Source: Callorhinchus milii (Eukaryota). Taken from it: a DNA stretch of 64,000 nt. Below, in pieces: positions 1-14,306 of the stretch. Each line of letters opens with the position of its first letter. Position 1 is the first letter of the stretch. A program made the position numbers and the translations under genes. The stretch lies in contig NW_024704892.1 of assembly GCF_018977255.1 (NCBI RefSeq), forward strand, positions 1-64,000, in the 5' to 3' direction. The notes under the pieces were generated by a model. The model saw only the letters and a program-made list of their open reading frames with translations. It was not told the DNA's origin and did no database searches.

Positions 1-291
1 ACAAGCTGTTGTCACCTGGTTTCCCTCTCTCTGCCTCCCACAAATCTTACGCGATGGAGTGACATTTGCAATTCGCCAATCCAATGGTACAGTTCCCGAA
101 TATAGAGAAGCGTTGGAAAATTATGACTAATGCATCTATCCCAATTTCCTGCACAACTTATTTTCGCACCTTGGGTGGAACTTAACAGGACCGCCAAAAC
201 TTTCATTTTTTAGCCCATCATTTTATCCATTACCTTTTTATTTATAGTAAAACTATCCACTTCCTTCATTTAAGTTACTTCTGGGTACCCG

Positions 292-610
292 AGGAGTCCT
301 GTAACTCTATGGTTAGAGCATTCTCCCGCAAGCGAGAAACCTGGGTTCAATTCCAGGCAGGGCGATAACTTTGGCAAGTTTCCTTGCACCAAACGTCTAA
401 TAATAATCCCTCCAACACAAAACAATAATAAATTGGTCAATTTCAATCCAAGACTGTTTGTGTTAGGCTGCTATGTGCAATTGGCTGCTGTGTTTCCCCC
501 ACAAATATATAGTCAATTGATTTTACAGTGTGTTCTGTGAAGCGCTTTGGGACGTCCTCCCGACGTGAAAAGCGCTATATCAAATGCAAGGATTATTATT
601 ATTATTATTC
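292..610 (+). mobile_element. tRNA-derived SINE (diverged copy)
   Basis: A/B-box-like head (tggttagagc...gggttcaattcc), body tgtgcaattggctgc, L2-like tail gcgctttgggacgtcctcccgacgtgaaaagcgctatatcaaatgcaag ending in (tta)n; many copies in the window. Confidence 0.9.
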
Positions 611-1119
611 TCTGAAGCGCTTTGAGACATCTGGAAGAGGTGATGCTGGCCATATCAAAAGCAAACATTGCTATTATTATTATTTCATTTTTCCGCTGGT
701 AATTTGGCCACTTAACCTTCTATGAAAACCGAAGTAAAGTATTCATTTAAGAGGACTGTCATTTCATTATTTTCCAATATAATCGAACGCTTATCTGTCT
801 CTATCCGGCTCACGTTTCCATGACTGTCTCTCCTTTTTTAATATGAAAAGTTCCTTTTGCTCTTGTTTTCCCGTGTAGCTTTTTTCCTCATACTGCCTTT
901 ATGCATCTCTTATTACATTCAATGTAAGGTTTGTGCAGAGCCGTTTTGATAGCTGTGGAACATGACAGAAGAGATCTAACGAATTTTTTTCAAAATGTAG
1001 AAAAACTGCCAACGAACACGCAATTTGTTATGTTGAAAGATTATTGGATGCACTTAATCTCAACTATGGGCCAGCGCTAAATAAACATCAGCATTATCAA
1101 ATTCGAAATAGAGTTGTTC

Positions 1120-1625
1120 CAAATGCATTATTTCTCAATCCTCCTTGCAAGTCAAGTTTTGAAGAAACTTGTGACAGAGAGGATGACAATCATGATGTCT
1201 CCTTCCTGTTGTCGATTGATAATTTCCGAAAGACAATATCCCAAACCACAGCCCATCAGCTCGGGCCTTGCTCCACTGCTCCCCATAAACGAAAGGATCG
1301 ACTATAGGATCTTCATAAACGTGTTCAAATCCATTCACTCCCTGGCATCTCCTATATCTCCGATCTCCTCACTCCACAATCCACAACTTGGCTCCTCGGC
1401 TCTACTGGTACAAGCTTCATGACGGACCCAAACACCTTCCGTCCCAGCATCAGAGTTCACATTTTCAGTCACTACGCCCATAGATCTGGAACATCCTCCC
1501 ACATTTCATGCCATGCCTGAAAAACTGGAACTCCAACCGTGCTTACGGACACCACTGCACCGAATTCCACGTCTACAAATCAGGCATTGAGACGCCAACA
1601 TGTGTGGAGGGCGATGCATAAGTGT
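1120..1625 (+). mobile_element. Degenerate L2 LINE 3' fragment
   Basis: Remnant peptide LLPINERIDYRIFINVFKSIHSLA resembles HWLPIPQRIDFKIFILTYKAIHGLA in the younger L2 copy at 18217-18969. Confidence 0.65.
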
Positions 1626-1869
1626 AAGTTGTTAATGTTGATGTGTTCATGGACCTAACGTTTCAGGTGGTTTTCATCCAACAGCCACAAAGGGCTCAGA
1701 AAGAGAGTTTGTGATTGCAGTAGGAAGAGGGGACGTGCAGTCCAGAATTCCCATGGAAGTGGCTTACAGAAACCTGTCCAACGTACTGAAAATCGGTCAG
1801 GGTGATGACAACACAGGGGAGAGGAGCCGAAACAAATGGATGCACAGTTGGACACAGAGAAGAGTTTGA

Positions 1870-3560
1870 GTGAAATTGTCATTGGGGACACAACCTTCAA
1901 AGGAATAGACGGATGTTTCTGCAGTGGTCGCAGAAGATGAGGATGCAGCCAATGCCGCAGGAATAGACAAGAGGGAAAAAAATTGGATAGGTCAAGAAAA
2001 ATCAAGTTACTGAAAATCAATCGGCACTCAGAGTAGATAAGTCACTAGGAGGAGACGGGATGAATCCAAGTTGACTGAAAGGAAGAAAGGCTGGAAATAA
2101 CGGAGTCTCTGGGGAAAACCTCTCAATTCTTTTTGTACACCAGTGTGCTACCAGAGGAAGGAAGTTATTCAAATGATAGTTCCCAATACAAAAAGTGGCA
2201 GAAGGATAAATTCGGTAAAAACAGACCAGTCAAAATCACTTCATAGTGTGGCAACTTGAAGAGACTAGAATCTTACAGGGACAAAATACATTGTCACTTG
2301 GAAAAATATGGTTTAATAAAGAACAGCCAACACGGTCCAAAAAATTCGATAAGGTAACGGAAAGGGTGGATGAAGTTTCTGCAATTGGTGTTGTTATTCA
2401 TTTACAAAAGACGTATTAGAAAGTACCACATAAGACACTGGTAAGCAAAATAGAAGGCCACGGTTTTAAAGGAAGGTGTCAGCATGGAAACAGAATTGTC
2501 TGGGATATTGAAAGCAGAAGGTGGTGGTGAACGTTTGATTTCCTGAAAAGACGGAAGTCTGCAGTGCTGTCCACCAATGTTGTTTATTGGGACCACTGCT
2601 GATTTTGAGCTCGAAATATCAAATATTCAATGTTGGACGACAAGCGACAGTGCTTTGCTTGGTGCAGAGTAGGAATTGGATTTGGAGGCTGGCTGTACAC
2701 AAGCAATTGAGAATGTGAACTTGTATATACTTCCCATCAATGGGTGTCGAAATGTCGATATAAAAGTTGACAGTGTACTGGATTTTATAGGTAGAACCAA
2801 AAGGTAAAGAAAGTCAACCTGCAATGGCACGTATGTGCATATCATTCGATAGATTGCACCTGCAGCATTGTTTTCATATGTGCACGTTCTCATACAATGA
2901 AAGATACTTAGCTGTTGGCATGGATGCTGAGGAGATGTACCAGAATGATCCCAGGGATGTGGGCCTGTGTAGTCAATGGCTCATTGTCGTTACCTGCGGT
3001 TCGGTGGCCATCTGTCTGAAGACAGAGAAAATCTCTTGAAGTCCAGGCCAGCCAAAATAGAGTGAGTGATTGGGCCCGGCTGAAGATGACATAGTAAAAA
3101 CTTCAAAGCAGGTCAACGACGGAAACAGCTGGCAAAGAATCCATCCACTGTCCCTCTTGCCAAACCCAAGACGTTTTGGCATTGACATTGCTGGGCACAG
3201 TATAGGAGGCAAAGGATGGACAGCATGTCTACCCACAGGGGAAAGTGTGCTGATGACCCCGGCTATTAGATATAGAGGTTATCAACCAAAATAATTGACT
3301 GACTGAAGGGCCTGGACTATGAGGATTGGCTAAGTATATATTGGCCATGTACAAACGCAAAAAAAGATGATTTCGCGGAGACATGATTTCTGTCTTCACT
3401 AAGCTGAAGTGGCGACATTCAGAATAAATTTACACAAACACTGTTTCAGTTAGCGGATAGTTAATCTGTGGAAAATGCACCCTAGGGAGTCAGAAGCTTC
3501 AAGCAGGGAGTGTTTATTCTTTGAAACACGGAACACATAGTTTTCTCTTATGAAATAATA
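1870..3560 (+). mobile_element. Highly degenerate CR1 LINE fragments
   Basis: Patchy similarity to CR1 ORF1/ORF2 motifs (gtcattggggac, aaacagaccagtc, ggatagttaatctgtggaa); no intact ORF. Confidence 0.55.
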
Positions 3561-4090
3561 TGATATGATTTAGCACAGTGAGAGATTGCACAAAGGTGCA
3601 TCCATTCTCTCACAGTTTGGAAATATTGGTTTCACTCTCACTGGGTAAGAACAATATCTGTGGTGGATTTGGGCCAGTACAAGACCAACCGTTTCTTTTT
3701 ACCCACCCACGAGCCTGGTAATGAAACCCGTCTTATAACAGTGACTTCAGCCGCCATTCATGCGCTCTGATCACAAACCACAATCACAGTCATTTAATGC
3801 AACATGTAACTGGCCTAACTCAGACACAGTCACACCCTGACCACTACACGGTTTAGATTTCATTCCTGCTTTCTGTTGTTGAACACGTCACCTTAAAGCT
3901 GGCTCAGCCCCCATGAGATCCTGCTTACATCCTCCAAGGAATCCAGTCAGCAGTTCGTGCCAGAAGAGAAATATTGGTGTTTCACAATCATTTGTGCAAG
4001 TAGCCTATTCCCAGTGGAGACAGTTCTGGGATATAAAGACTGGCAGCTTTGAGTGTCCAGCACTGACAGCGTATCCGCTGGTGATACAAA

Positions 4091-6385
4091 ATGTTGAGAG
4101 CGTTAGCCTTCTTTCCTTGGCAGTATCTGCCAACACTTTTTCGGATAATGATAGTTTATTATCCTATTCTTGCAGCTATTGGTATTGCAGGTAATTAGTT
4201 AGATACAAATTTTACTTGTATCCCGATGTACCACAAGGTTGCGCATGGCACACACAGCTACTTCTCCAGCTGTGACTTCTCTTCCGCTGATGTCTTTTTT
4301 GATGTCTCTTTAAAGATAAGATATTGTCGTTTGCTGAACCCTCCCTCTCGCTGTGAGACTGATAGTGTGTCTCTTCTTCTTTGAGGGTCTGCTCGTTACT
4401 ATGTGTGTTACAATGGTGACCGTAGGTACAGTCCTAAAAGAATATCTTTCGGTCTGATCTGACTGGCGCTCAAAAGGTGTGAGTTGGAGACATTGAGCCT
4501 CCAGTTTCAGGACACATTGGCTGTAAGAATGTCTGGTGGTGAGGAAGGATTGATCGGATGAGCGACCCAGTTCTGTCAGTAGGTTGAGAGACAGAGGTAT
4601 GCCAGGCAGGAATGGTTTGCAAATATTTTGAGTATCTTTATTTTAATGTGTTTTCTGGAAAGGAGGCAGGGAATCCTGCGAGGACTGGAGTGAAAGTGTG
4701 CGGAGATTGTGTGAGAGTGGACATGTTTGGAATTGTTTTCAATGAGTTGGATGTTGTGAATGGAGGGGGTTGGGGTGACCAGTGAGAAAAATATTGGACA
4801 ATCTCGAAATTTTCGGTGTCTGACTATAAATAGCGCGATTGAGCCCTTCATTTATTTTGACGTTATGGCGAATTATGCTGTGCGTGAGGCAAATTATTTT
4901 CACATTAATACAGTGGAATTTTAAACGCCATCTTCAATTAGTAGAGGTGAATTTACATATTTATGTTCTCAACTGTAGGAGCACATGTTGATACTAAATG
5001 TGTTCCACAAATTCAAACTTATATTCAATGGATATACTTGACAGTATCCTGTCAGAATGTAACATGATTGTAACCAGAGAAGCGCAATACATATTTGAGG
5101 ATACAAACTTTATTTGGTGTATACATGGCCAGGAAATTTGTAGATGATTCACTCTATTTTCTGGTAGTGTCACAGGAGATCTTTCATGTCCAACAGAACA
5201 GGCGACAGACACGGAATTCGGTAGAACTTCTTACAGCTTACCGTTTATCTTCGTCTGTAATTCATTGGTAAAATAATATCTCAGCTCAGTGGTTATCGAT
5301 GTCGACATACCTGTGTTTGATCATGTCAATATTACTTATTAATGCCTTGAACTTTTTTTTGAAGAAAGGATCCATCAATCCATGAGTATTGATGGGAAAC
5401 TGCTGCGTGAATGCACTTCGGGCAAAGTACCATCAACTTACGCAGCGCACAGGTAAATATATTTGTTTGTTGTTCCATTTTCTTACAGCGAATCTGTTGG
5501 CCATTGTGGTCCTGTCCCGGGGAAAGTGTGGGCTCTCAAATTGTATCACCCTCTACATGATGGCCATGGCAGTGGCCGATCTCCTGTTCGCCATCAACGA
5601 TGTGGTTTTGAACCAGATACATTCTCTTTATTTCAATCACACATTTCTGGACATCACTCCCGTGTGTTCAATGAGATTGGTGCTGATGTCGGCGGTGACA
5701 CACATGTCAGTCTGGTTCACAGTGGCTTTCACTTTTGACCGCCTGGTCGCTATACGTTGGCGGAAACTGAAAACAAATTATTGCACCGAGAGAACAGCAG
5801 CCGTGGTTTTAGGGTGATATCTTCTCTGAGCTGTTTCATCAGCATTCCCTGGTACTTCATGGTTGAGCCCAGAGAGACACTGAACAAAGTGCCTTGGTAT
5901 TGCAAGTTTAAAGCGGTTTACTACACCTCTCGGACATGGATTCTATTTCACTGGTTTGTCACAATAATAACCCCGTTTGTTCCATTCTTTCTGATTTTGC
6001 TGATGAACGTGGTGACAGTCAGACACATTTTAGCGGCCAACAGAATCCGCAGAAACCTCCTGCACCAGAAAGGTAATAGTGGCAATGATGCAGAGATGGA
6101 GAACCGAAGAAGATCCATCATCTTACTCTTCGCCATATCAGGCAGCTTCATCCTGTTGTGGCTAATGGAAGTTTTACATTTCGTATTATCACGAACGTTA
6201 AACAATTATTTCTATCAAAGTTACAGAGACCCAGTGTATGTTGTCCAACAAGTGACAGACATTCTTAAAGTTTGAGTTGCTGCACAAACACCGTCATTTA
6301 CGGTTCAACACAATCTAAATTCAGAGAGGATGTGAAATATCTAGCGATCTATCCATTTAAACAGATATTTAAACTATTTAAATAA
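4091..6385 (+). pseudogene. GPR139-like class A GPCR, copy 1 (exon 1 4091-4190, exon 2 5489-6385), frameshifted
   Basis: Exon 1 MLRALAFFPWQYLPTLFRIMIVYYPILAAIGIA with donor g|gtaatt; acceptor ttcttacag|; exon 2 ANLLAIVVLSRGKCGLS...MAVADLL...FTFDRLVAI...RRRSIILLFAISGSF...SCCTNTVIYGSTQSKFRE. Frameshifts near 5812 and 6271. Confidence 0.88.
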
Positions 6386-7589
6386 AGGGAAATATGTGTA
6401 ACTCGCTGTAAATTTTGAAACGTTGACAACGAATCATAATTTAATGAGGCAACTGATAGCCTGGATTTTATTTCAAGCGGTGCGCTGCAATAAAAATAAT
6501 TCTTGTAATCGTCATAGAGCACTACTACGCCATCTCAAAGGGTTTCGCGGATATACTGTCAAGTAGGTTCCAGTTAACGGATGAATGGGGCTCCATGATT
6601 TTGTAAGCATCCTTGTTGCTCTGTGAATGTTCCTCCAGATTCTTTGATATTATTATTATTATTATTTTATTCCAGATTCCTTTGAAACTACTATCACCCA
6701 AAGTCAACAAGCAGCAATTACGTGTTGCAGCTCTACCAGAAAAATGTTTTAAACATAAACTATTCACGTGATCAAACGTCAATAAAAAATAAATGAGGAG
6801 ATTATTCAAATTTGTGTTGATGATGCAAGTTGAATAAACGACAAAAGTTATATGCTAAGAATATTAGAAATGTAACAGAGTGATAGAGAGAGCGAGTGAT
6901 GTGGATCAATGGGGAGGGAGCCATAGATGTGTAGTTCATGTGTGGTTATTGGGTGAGGAGGGGATCGAGGTGGCTTCTAACATATCAGAATTCAATCATG
7001 TATCGGTCTTCGGTTAATTTTCAAGGAAAGAAATTCAAGTGTTCTCTTCAGGTTGGTATTTTTATTTATTGACAGACTCTTCGAGAATTATTGCAAATTT
7101 TGTGGCAAATAAACACGGGAATTTCATCCGGTAAAATACTTGTACCAGTAGCTGAATTGTACACAGTTTCCGTTCTGTCTTTCGTTATTTGCTGAGTTAC
7201 CTTATCAGCCAATAAACAAATTACATAATTTGAACAACGCAACTGTGTGATATTGCATTCGTTTGTTACTCTAAAGTTTGGCAGTTTAATTCGAGTCTGT
7301 AAGTGTGTTGATCCCAGCAATATGGGAGTTTGGAGTGTGGTATTGCTGTTATCAGCCGCGCAATCACTATCTGCATATGGAGGAGTTGGCGGTGGCTAAG
7401 GATGTGATTGATTAGAGAAATGCTCGCCTTCCTGACCCACTGCAGCAATGGCCGATATTATTCCACTCTCCACACTGAGGCCTCCCAACCGCCGTCTCCT
7501 GCTGCTGCCACACGAGGAAGTTCAATAGAAAGGGAGGGGAATGTAGAAGGTTGGAAATGGTGTCCAGCCAAAAACATTCACCAATGGGA

Positions 7590-7626
7590 CACATGCGGCC
7601 CGCGTGCCGCCAGTTGGACACCGCTG
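7590..7626. mobile_element. Probable hAT/Charlie-type DNA transposon terminus
   Basis: catgcggcccgcgtgccgccagttggacaccgctg resembles typical hAT terminal/subterminal sequence; partner end not located. Confidence 0.45.
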
Positions 7627-9037
7627 TTGTAAAGTACCGAGACAGTGTATTATGCAGATGTTTATGGGTGTCAAATTGCAGAGAAATTTGTGTCCAATTT
7701 TGTTTGATGCCGTTGTCAACCAGGACATCAGGAGAAACTCACTTCTATTTTTGATACATATAATTGTGCAGAATATTGTCAAACAAATATGTGTATACAG
7801 ATTTACCCACAAAAAGAAAAACGGCGACACACAGACAAACACACAGCAACACACAAACACAGACAGATAAACACTCACAAACACATTAACAGGTAAGTAA
7901 AGAGGGAATGAAATACTCAGGCACATACGCAAGCAGAGATACACACGTGTTTACTCATAGAACGCAAACACAGCCGCAAACAACAACATGGAAAACTTCA
8001 ACTTGTAGAGTGCTCTCCAAGCCGAGTGTTGTTCCAGTTATATCCGCACAGACAGGCAGAGAGATACACACACACACACAAAAAGATGCATTCCAAAGTT
8101 TGGTACAAGTCATGCCAAACGCCTGCAGGAATGCTGGAAGGCAAACCAGATGGATTTAAGTCTTCTGTACCGTAGGAAACTCCTATATTTTTAAGATCTC
8201 ATGATCGTATCGCAGACAGATGTGAATTAAAATCAAATACCGTTAATATATAATAGTTTTCCTACTCATTAAACTGTCAACGGGAACATTCGCCACGGAT
8301 CAGAGTTGATCCCGCTATCATTTGAACAGGGACTGAACTCAGGATAATATTCTCTGTTCAAATGTGCTTGAAAGCGTACGGATGAGAAATAATATCAATG
8401 GTGCAGAATGCCACCTGTCCACCCTTAGTGTCCAGGTAGACTCCCAGGACCAAGGTCTCTCTCAGGCGGGTACCAGTTGAAGTCAGAGCTTCATATTCAT
8501 ACACAATTCTCAGTCACAATCCAAGATTCAATCTTTTTCTGAACTGTCACACAACGGGACAGGTATGAGCCCTAAAGTTCTTCATTTGATCATCAGCGAG
8601 ACACACTGGTGCTCAGGCAGCAAGACGAACGTACTACGATGTCTTAAAAAAGCTGACGGTTATCACATCAATTAAATTTTTCACAGTACGACACAATAGT
8701 ATCGCAAATTCTTGAAAGACAATTGATTCAAGTTGATTACAAATTTATATTAATATCGTGTGTTGCAATTTCGGAGGCCAAATCCTCACGGTATTGATCA
8801 ACCGGGAGGTCAGAACTAAATGGGGTGATTTGGGGAAAGATGATCCCTGGCGAGGGGAAAGATATAGTGTTTGGGACATGCTTCGATAAGTTAAACCAGG
8901 GTATCAGACAAAACAACTGCGGAATGGAGATATACAGTGAGTCCAGAATAGCTGAAAGAACCATAGTGTTCGCAATGTGAGGTATTTCAAGCAGCCTGGT
9001 AATGTTGGAGGGTAGTAAGTATCTTCTTGTCTGCGTT

Positions 9038-9356
9038 GTCCTATAGCTCAGTGGTTAGAGCACTCGCCTCGCAAGCTAGTCACCTGGGTACAATTCCAGG
9101 CAAAGCGAAACCTTGGCTAAGCTCAGTTACTCCAAGCGCCTCATAAAAATCCATCCGAAAAGAAACAACAATAAATTGGTCATCTTCAATCCACGACAGT
9201 TTGTGGGAAGCTGATGTGCGCAATTGGCTGCCTCGTTTCGACCAAAAGTATACAGGCAATTCGCTTTACAGTCTAATCTGTGAAGCACTTTGAGACGTCG
9301 AGAAGACGTGAACAGCACTATATCAAATGCAAGGATTACTATTTATTATATTATAA
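9038..9356 (+). mobile_element. tRNA-derived SINE
   Basis: tagctcagtggttagagcactcgc head, tgtgcgcaattggctgcc body, atcaaatgcaaggattac tail. Confidence 0.9.
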
Positions 9357-10269
9357 TTGAGATCTGTTTGTGGCAGAAGTAGGGTGCTGGCGAATCTTTG
9401 ACTGTTACTGTTGTCACTCCGATATGTTGTCTACAAGAAAAACATTTTGTAATTAAACAACGCAACTCACGCAGGGAAGCATTATATACCGCCGGACAGT
9501 GGTGCAGCACAACTCTGAGTAAGGAGGAGTGGAAGATGACTTTAAGCACTGTCGAATAGGAAGCTCTTCAGACGAGACCAAAAGATGCGGAAAAAATGGC
9601 CAAGTTTTGGGGAGAGAGGAAGTTTGTTGCAGGGTTCCGGGCGAAGTGACTCAAAAAAGTGGCCAAAGATGGGATTGGCTTTGGGTGGTAAATTGATTAC
9701 AAATGTAGGAAGGCGTTCAGGACATGTAATGAATTGGAAAGGAGTTTGAGGATCTTGAAATTTACCCCATCATTGAAAGGTGATCCCCCTTTCTCAGTCA
9801 GAATTCCAGAGTGAATCTCGCTTTAAACTGTCGAACAACCCGTTGTAGATCTAACTTTCTTCAGTTGAACATCACCACGACACAACTCTGCCCTGGCAGC
9901 AAACGGAGCGCATAAAGACGTCTTCAGAAAATGAAGGATATGATATCAATTTACATTTTTTACTGTATGTTACAAAATTGTGGAAGATATGTTCTGCAAT
10001 TCTTCACAGAACATTGTTTCGCCTTCAACACTAATTTAGCCTAACCTACCGACTTTCAATTTGAGATTTCAAGATAAAACGCTTATCATGCCAGCAATAC
10101 CAAACAGGGGGTTAGAGCTGAATGGGTTGAGAAAGGGAAAGATCATTATCAGGAAAGACAGGGATATATAAATTAAATGCAGACATATACATCAATGTAA
10201 AATCAATATATTTCCTATCCGGTTGTAGATCATAGACAAGGTGTGTGGGAATGGCTTAATAGCCATTTA

Positions 10270-11102
10270 CAAAAACAACAACAAGACTTCGTTTATAGAG
10301 CGACTTTCACGTCCCAAGGCGCAGTAAAGTTTTGTCAGCACCAGAGCAGTGGAGAAACGGTCAGTGCGAGGGGAGGGAAGGGAGGGAGCGAGGAGGGGGC
10401 AGATAGTCGAGAGGGGAGCTGCAGGCGCGGTCAAAAAGAAGGGTCTTGAGACCGGCCTTGCAGGAGGAAAGGGAGGAAGCAAGGCGAAGGCACTGGGGGA
10501 TGGAATTCCAGAGCCTTGGGGCTGAGAGGCTGAAGGCCCGGCCACCGATAGTAGGGCGCTTGGGGCGGGGGATGTGGAGCAGACCGGAGCCAGAGGAACG
10601 GAGGGTACGGGTGGGTAGGTAGGGGGATAGTAGGTCAAAGAGGTAGGAGGGAGCGAGGCCGTGAATGGCCTTGTAGGTGAGGGTGAGGATCTTGAATTCG
10701 ATCCCCTGGGGGATGGGGAGCCAGTGGAGGCGAGCGAGGGTGGGAGTGATGTGGTCCCGAAGCCTGGTGCGGGACAGTACACGAGCTGCAGAGCTGTGGC
10801 GCGGATATGGGGGAGAAAGGACAGCTCAGGATCGAACAGAACCCCGAGGTTCCTGATGGCTTTGAGAGGTTTAGAGTGCAGCCTTGGACACTGATGCTGT
10901 CAGCGTCTTAGGTGTGGAGGCGCTGACGTGAGCCAATCAGGAGGGCCTCAGTTTTTCGTACGTTGAGCTGGAGAAAGTTATCTCTCGTCCAGGACTCGAT
11001 GTCGGACAGACAGGCTGTCAGGACATCGGTGGTCGTGGAGTTGAGGGTAGAGGAGGAAAGGTAGAGTTGGGCGTCATCCGCATACATGTGGAAGTTAACC
11101 CA
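10270..11102 (-). mobile_element. L2 LINE 3' fragment with internal deletion
   Basis: Reverse complement matches the L2 copy at 18217-18969 and includes the RT YADD region (MYADDAQLYL; ggcgtcatccgcatacat on +); internal junction near 10796. Confidence 0.9.
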
Positions 11103-11592
11103 GGCAGAGAGGAAAGGCTTGAAGTTCTACAAAACAGGCGCCTGTCCAGCAGGTGGCGGTGCTGCACTGTAAGTCCTCCCTGCGGTTTGCAGTGCAACAC
11201 CATCGCCCAGTGGCTGCACCCGTTATTACAGCCACAACAAAGGACACGAGAAAAAAATCTTATTTTTCAACAACAGCAAACAAACTGCATTTGTTTCTCC
11301 CCCTTCACGGTGGATCAGGACTCGCAGCTTCTCCTCAGTGTTGGCTTATAACTGAAGAATCCATTTTCATACCTTTCCATGTATTTATGTCAATAACCAG
11401 TTTCCCACTGAATCCCATGACATTGATTTTGTTGCTCAGACCTGGGTCTGGTTATCACCATCTATTGCTGGAGAGCGGTCAGACACAGACAGCGATTCAC
11501 TGCTTCTCCATCTCTCCTGGTGGCTGTTGTGCATTTGAGGAAAATAATCATTTGCTGAAATTTACTCTGGGCTCAAATAAAAATTAAAAACT

Positions 11593-11625
11593 TGCAGTAC
11601 CACTTTACTGCCACCAGAGGGTGGG
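11593..11625 (+). promoter_or_regulatory. Candidate CTCF site with upstream motif
   Basis: tgcagtacc-actttac-tgccaccagagggtg. Confidence 0.45.
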
Positions 11626-12589
11626 GGTGGACTGATGAACTGCCCACAAAGTTCTCCGTAATAATAATAACAATAATAGTTATAATAATGCTGGCATTTG
11701 TTGTTGCGGTGTTCAATTCTTGCAGACGCCGCAAAGCGCTTGTTCAGTCAAATCCCTTCTCCTCCTTGAGGGGAGGTGAACAGCGTCTCCCTGGAACTCA
11801 TCTGGAGATTGGCAACGAATGTGGGAATGGAGCCTGTCCTGTGTGGTGGTCACTCGGGTGTACACTGTCATCGTTGCCTGTCCCGAGCTGTGCATCTATT
11901 TGTGTTTGTGTGTGTGGGTGTGTGTATGTTTCTGCGTGTGTCTGTGCGTGCGTGTGTCTCTGTCTGTGTGGGTGTGTGTGCGCGCGTGTCTCTCTGCATT
12001 TGTCTGTGTGTCTAACCCCCTGAGCTACAAGGACACTTTGCATTGAATACTGCAAAAAACTCAGTCACTACACTATCCTGTGAAGCGCGTTGAGGTGTCT
12101 CAAATCATGATAAGGCGCTGGGTCAAAGACAAGGATAATTATTATAATTACTAGAAGGGTTTTAAATTGCCCTAACAAACTCCTCTCCCCTTTACGAGGA
12201 GGACGGCCTCGCTTTGAATACCGAACACTGTCTGCAGTTCTTTATTAGTTTTTTGATGCAGTTTTTTAATAATGATTCATATTCTAATTATGAATAAATT
12301 TATTGCGCAAATAGGAATGAAATTATTGACAATATAAGTTTGTTTGATTCGAAATCCGTCATTTATTCCATTGGAAAATAAAGATTTTCAAGTTAATATC
12401 TGTCTAAGGCTGAATCAATGTGTTAGTTACAACTTACGGTTGATGAGGTTTGCAAAAGACTTTGCCGAATTATTTTGCTTTCCTTCAAGCATGTGAGTCT
12501 CTCAGAAGAATACAGTTGTTTTATATACTGCTTTTATATTCTTATATTTATATAGTATATTATATCAAAATTATTTACATTTTTATACT

Positions 12590-13165
12590 GTGTGTATACA
12601 GGAGAGACACCGGGAGACGTTGCGTGTATGTGGGAGATATTGGAAGAGGCTGTTTATACGAGAGAAACACTGGGAGATCTGTTTCTGTACATATATGGTA
12701 CTGGGAGAGGCTGTGTATATACGGGAGAGACAGTGGGAGCGGTTGGGCCACACAAAGGGAGACACTGGAAGAGACTGTGTGTAAAGGAGAGACACTGGGA
12801 GCGGCTGTGTGAACACAGGAGAGACACCAGGAATGGCTGTGTGTATACAGGAGAGGCACTGGGAGAGCCTGTGTGTCTACAGGAGAGAAAATGGGAGAGC
12901 CTGTTTGTATACAGGAGAGACACTAGGAGTGGCTGTGTGTATACAGGAGAGACACTAGGAGTGGCTGTGTGTATACAGGAGAGACACTAGGATTGGCTGT
13001 GTGCATACAGGAGAGACACTAGGAGTGGCTGTGTGTATACAGGAGAGACACTAGGAGTGGTTGTGTGTCTACAGGAGAGACAGTGGGAGAGCCTGTGTGT
13101 ATACAGGAAAGACACTGGGAGTGGCTGTGTTTATACAGGAGAGACACTAGGAGCGATTGTGTGAA
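12590..13165. repeat. 32-bp minisatellite
   Basis: Unit acaggagagacactaggagtggctgtgtgtat, about 17-18 copies, most homogeneous at 12910-13060. Confidence 0.95.
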
Positions 13166-13432
13166 CATATGCCTGATAATAATCTCTCAAGAAAATAACA
13201 ATAATGATTTGATCACTCAATCCATGACAGTTTGTGGGTCGCTGCTGTGCGCAATTAGCTGCCGCGTTTCATCCACATATATACAGTCTAATATCTTAAC
13301 AGCATATTCTGTAAAGCGCGTTGAGATGTCTAGAAGGTGTGATAAGGCACTGGATCAAGTGCAAGTATTATATTATTTTTATTATTAATATTGTTACAGA
13401 GTGAAATCCTTTTCTTGCCCCGCCCAAAACCC

Positions 13433-13465
13433 TGCAGCACCACTTTACTGCCACCAGAGGGCGGT
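13433..13465 (+). promoter_or_regulatory. Candidate CTCF site with upstream motif
   Basis: tgcagcacc-actttac-tgccaccagagggcg; paralogous to the site at 11593. Confidence 0.55.
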
Positions 13466-13973
13466 GCTGGACTTCGTAACTGCCCATAGTATTCTCAGCA
13501 AAATAATAACAGTAATATTCTTGTGATTCTATTTTGCGCTGTTCACTTCTTAAAGACGCCTCAAATCGCGTGTTTAGTAAAAAAATCCCTTCTACTCCTT
13601 GAGGGGAGGTGAACAGGGTCTCCCTCGAGTTGATCTGGAGGTTGGCAACCAATGTGGGAATCAAGCCAGTCTTGTGTGATGGACACTCGGGTGGACATTG
13701 CGATTTCTGAATGTCCCGGGATGTGTGTGTGTGTGTCTTTGTGTCTGGGTATGTCTGTATGTCTCTCTGTGTCTGTTTGTCTGTTCGTCTGTGTGTTTGT
13801 GCGTCTCTGTATGAGTGTCTGTGACGGTATGTGTATCGGGGTGTATCATTGTGTGTGCTTGTGTGCGCATGTCTCAATCTGTGTGTGTGTCTGTGTGTGT
13901 CTGTGCACAGAGAGGAAACTTGCACAAGATTTTGCCCCCAATTGGGGATTGACCCCCTGTCTCTGGCTTGCGG

Positions 13974-14306
13974 GTGGAGTCCTGGAGCTCAGTGGTTAGA
14001 GCACTCGCTTTGCAAGTGAGAGACCTGAGTTCAATTCCAGGCAGAGGGCGAAACCTCGGGCAAGTTTCCTTACTCCACACAGAGCCTAATAATAATCCCT
14101 CCAAAAAAAAACCAAAAACAATAATTAAATTGGTCATTTTCAATCTACGACTGTTTGTGGGACATTGCTGTGCGCAATTGGCTGCCGCGTTCGCCCACAA
14201 ATATACAGTCAATTCACTTTACAGTGTGTTCTGTGAAGCGCTTTGGGACGTCCTCCTGACGTGAAAAGCGCTATATCAAATGCAAGGATTATTATTATTA
14301 TTATTA
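13974..14306 (+). mobile_element. Young full-length tRNA(Ala)-derived SINE
   Basis: Head gtggagtcctggagctcagtggttagagcactcgctttgcaagtgag (TGC loop), B box gagttcaattcc, (tta)n tail; nearly identical to 39322-39657. Confidence 0.93.

Noticed and set aside
12590-13165. Zinc-finger-like ORFs with repeated TGE
   Set aside because: The 32-bp unit is not a multiple of 3 and C2H2 spacing is absent; it is a minisatellite
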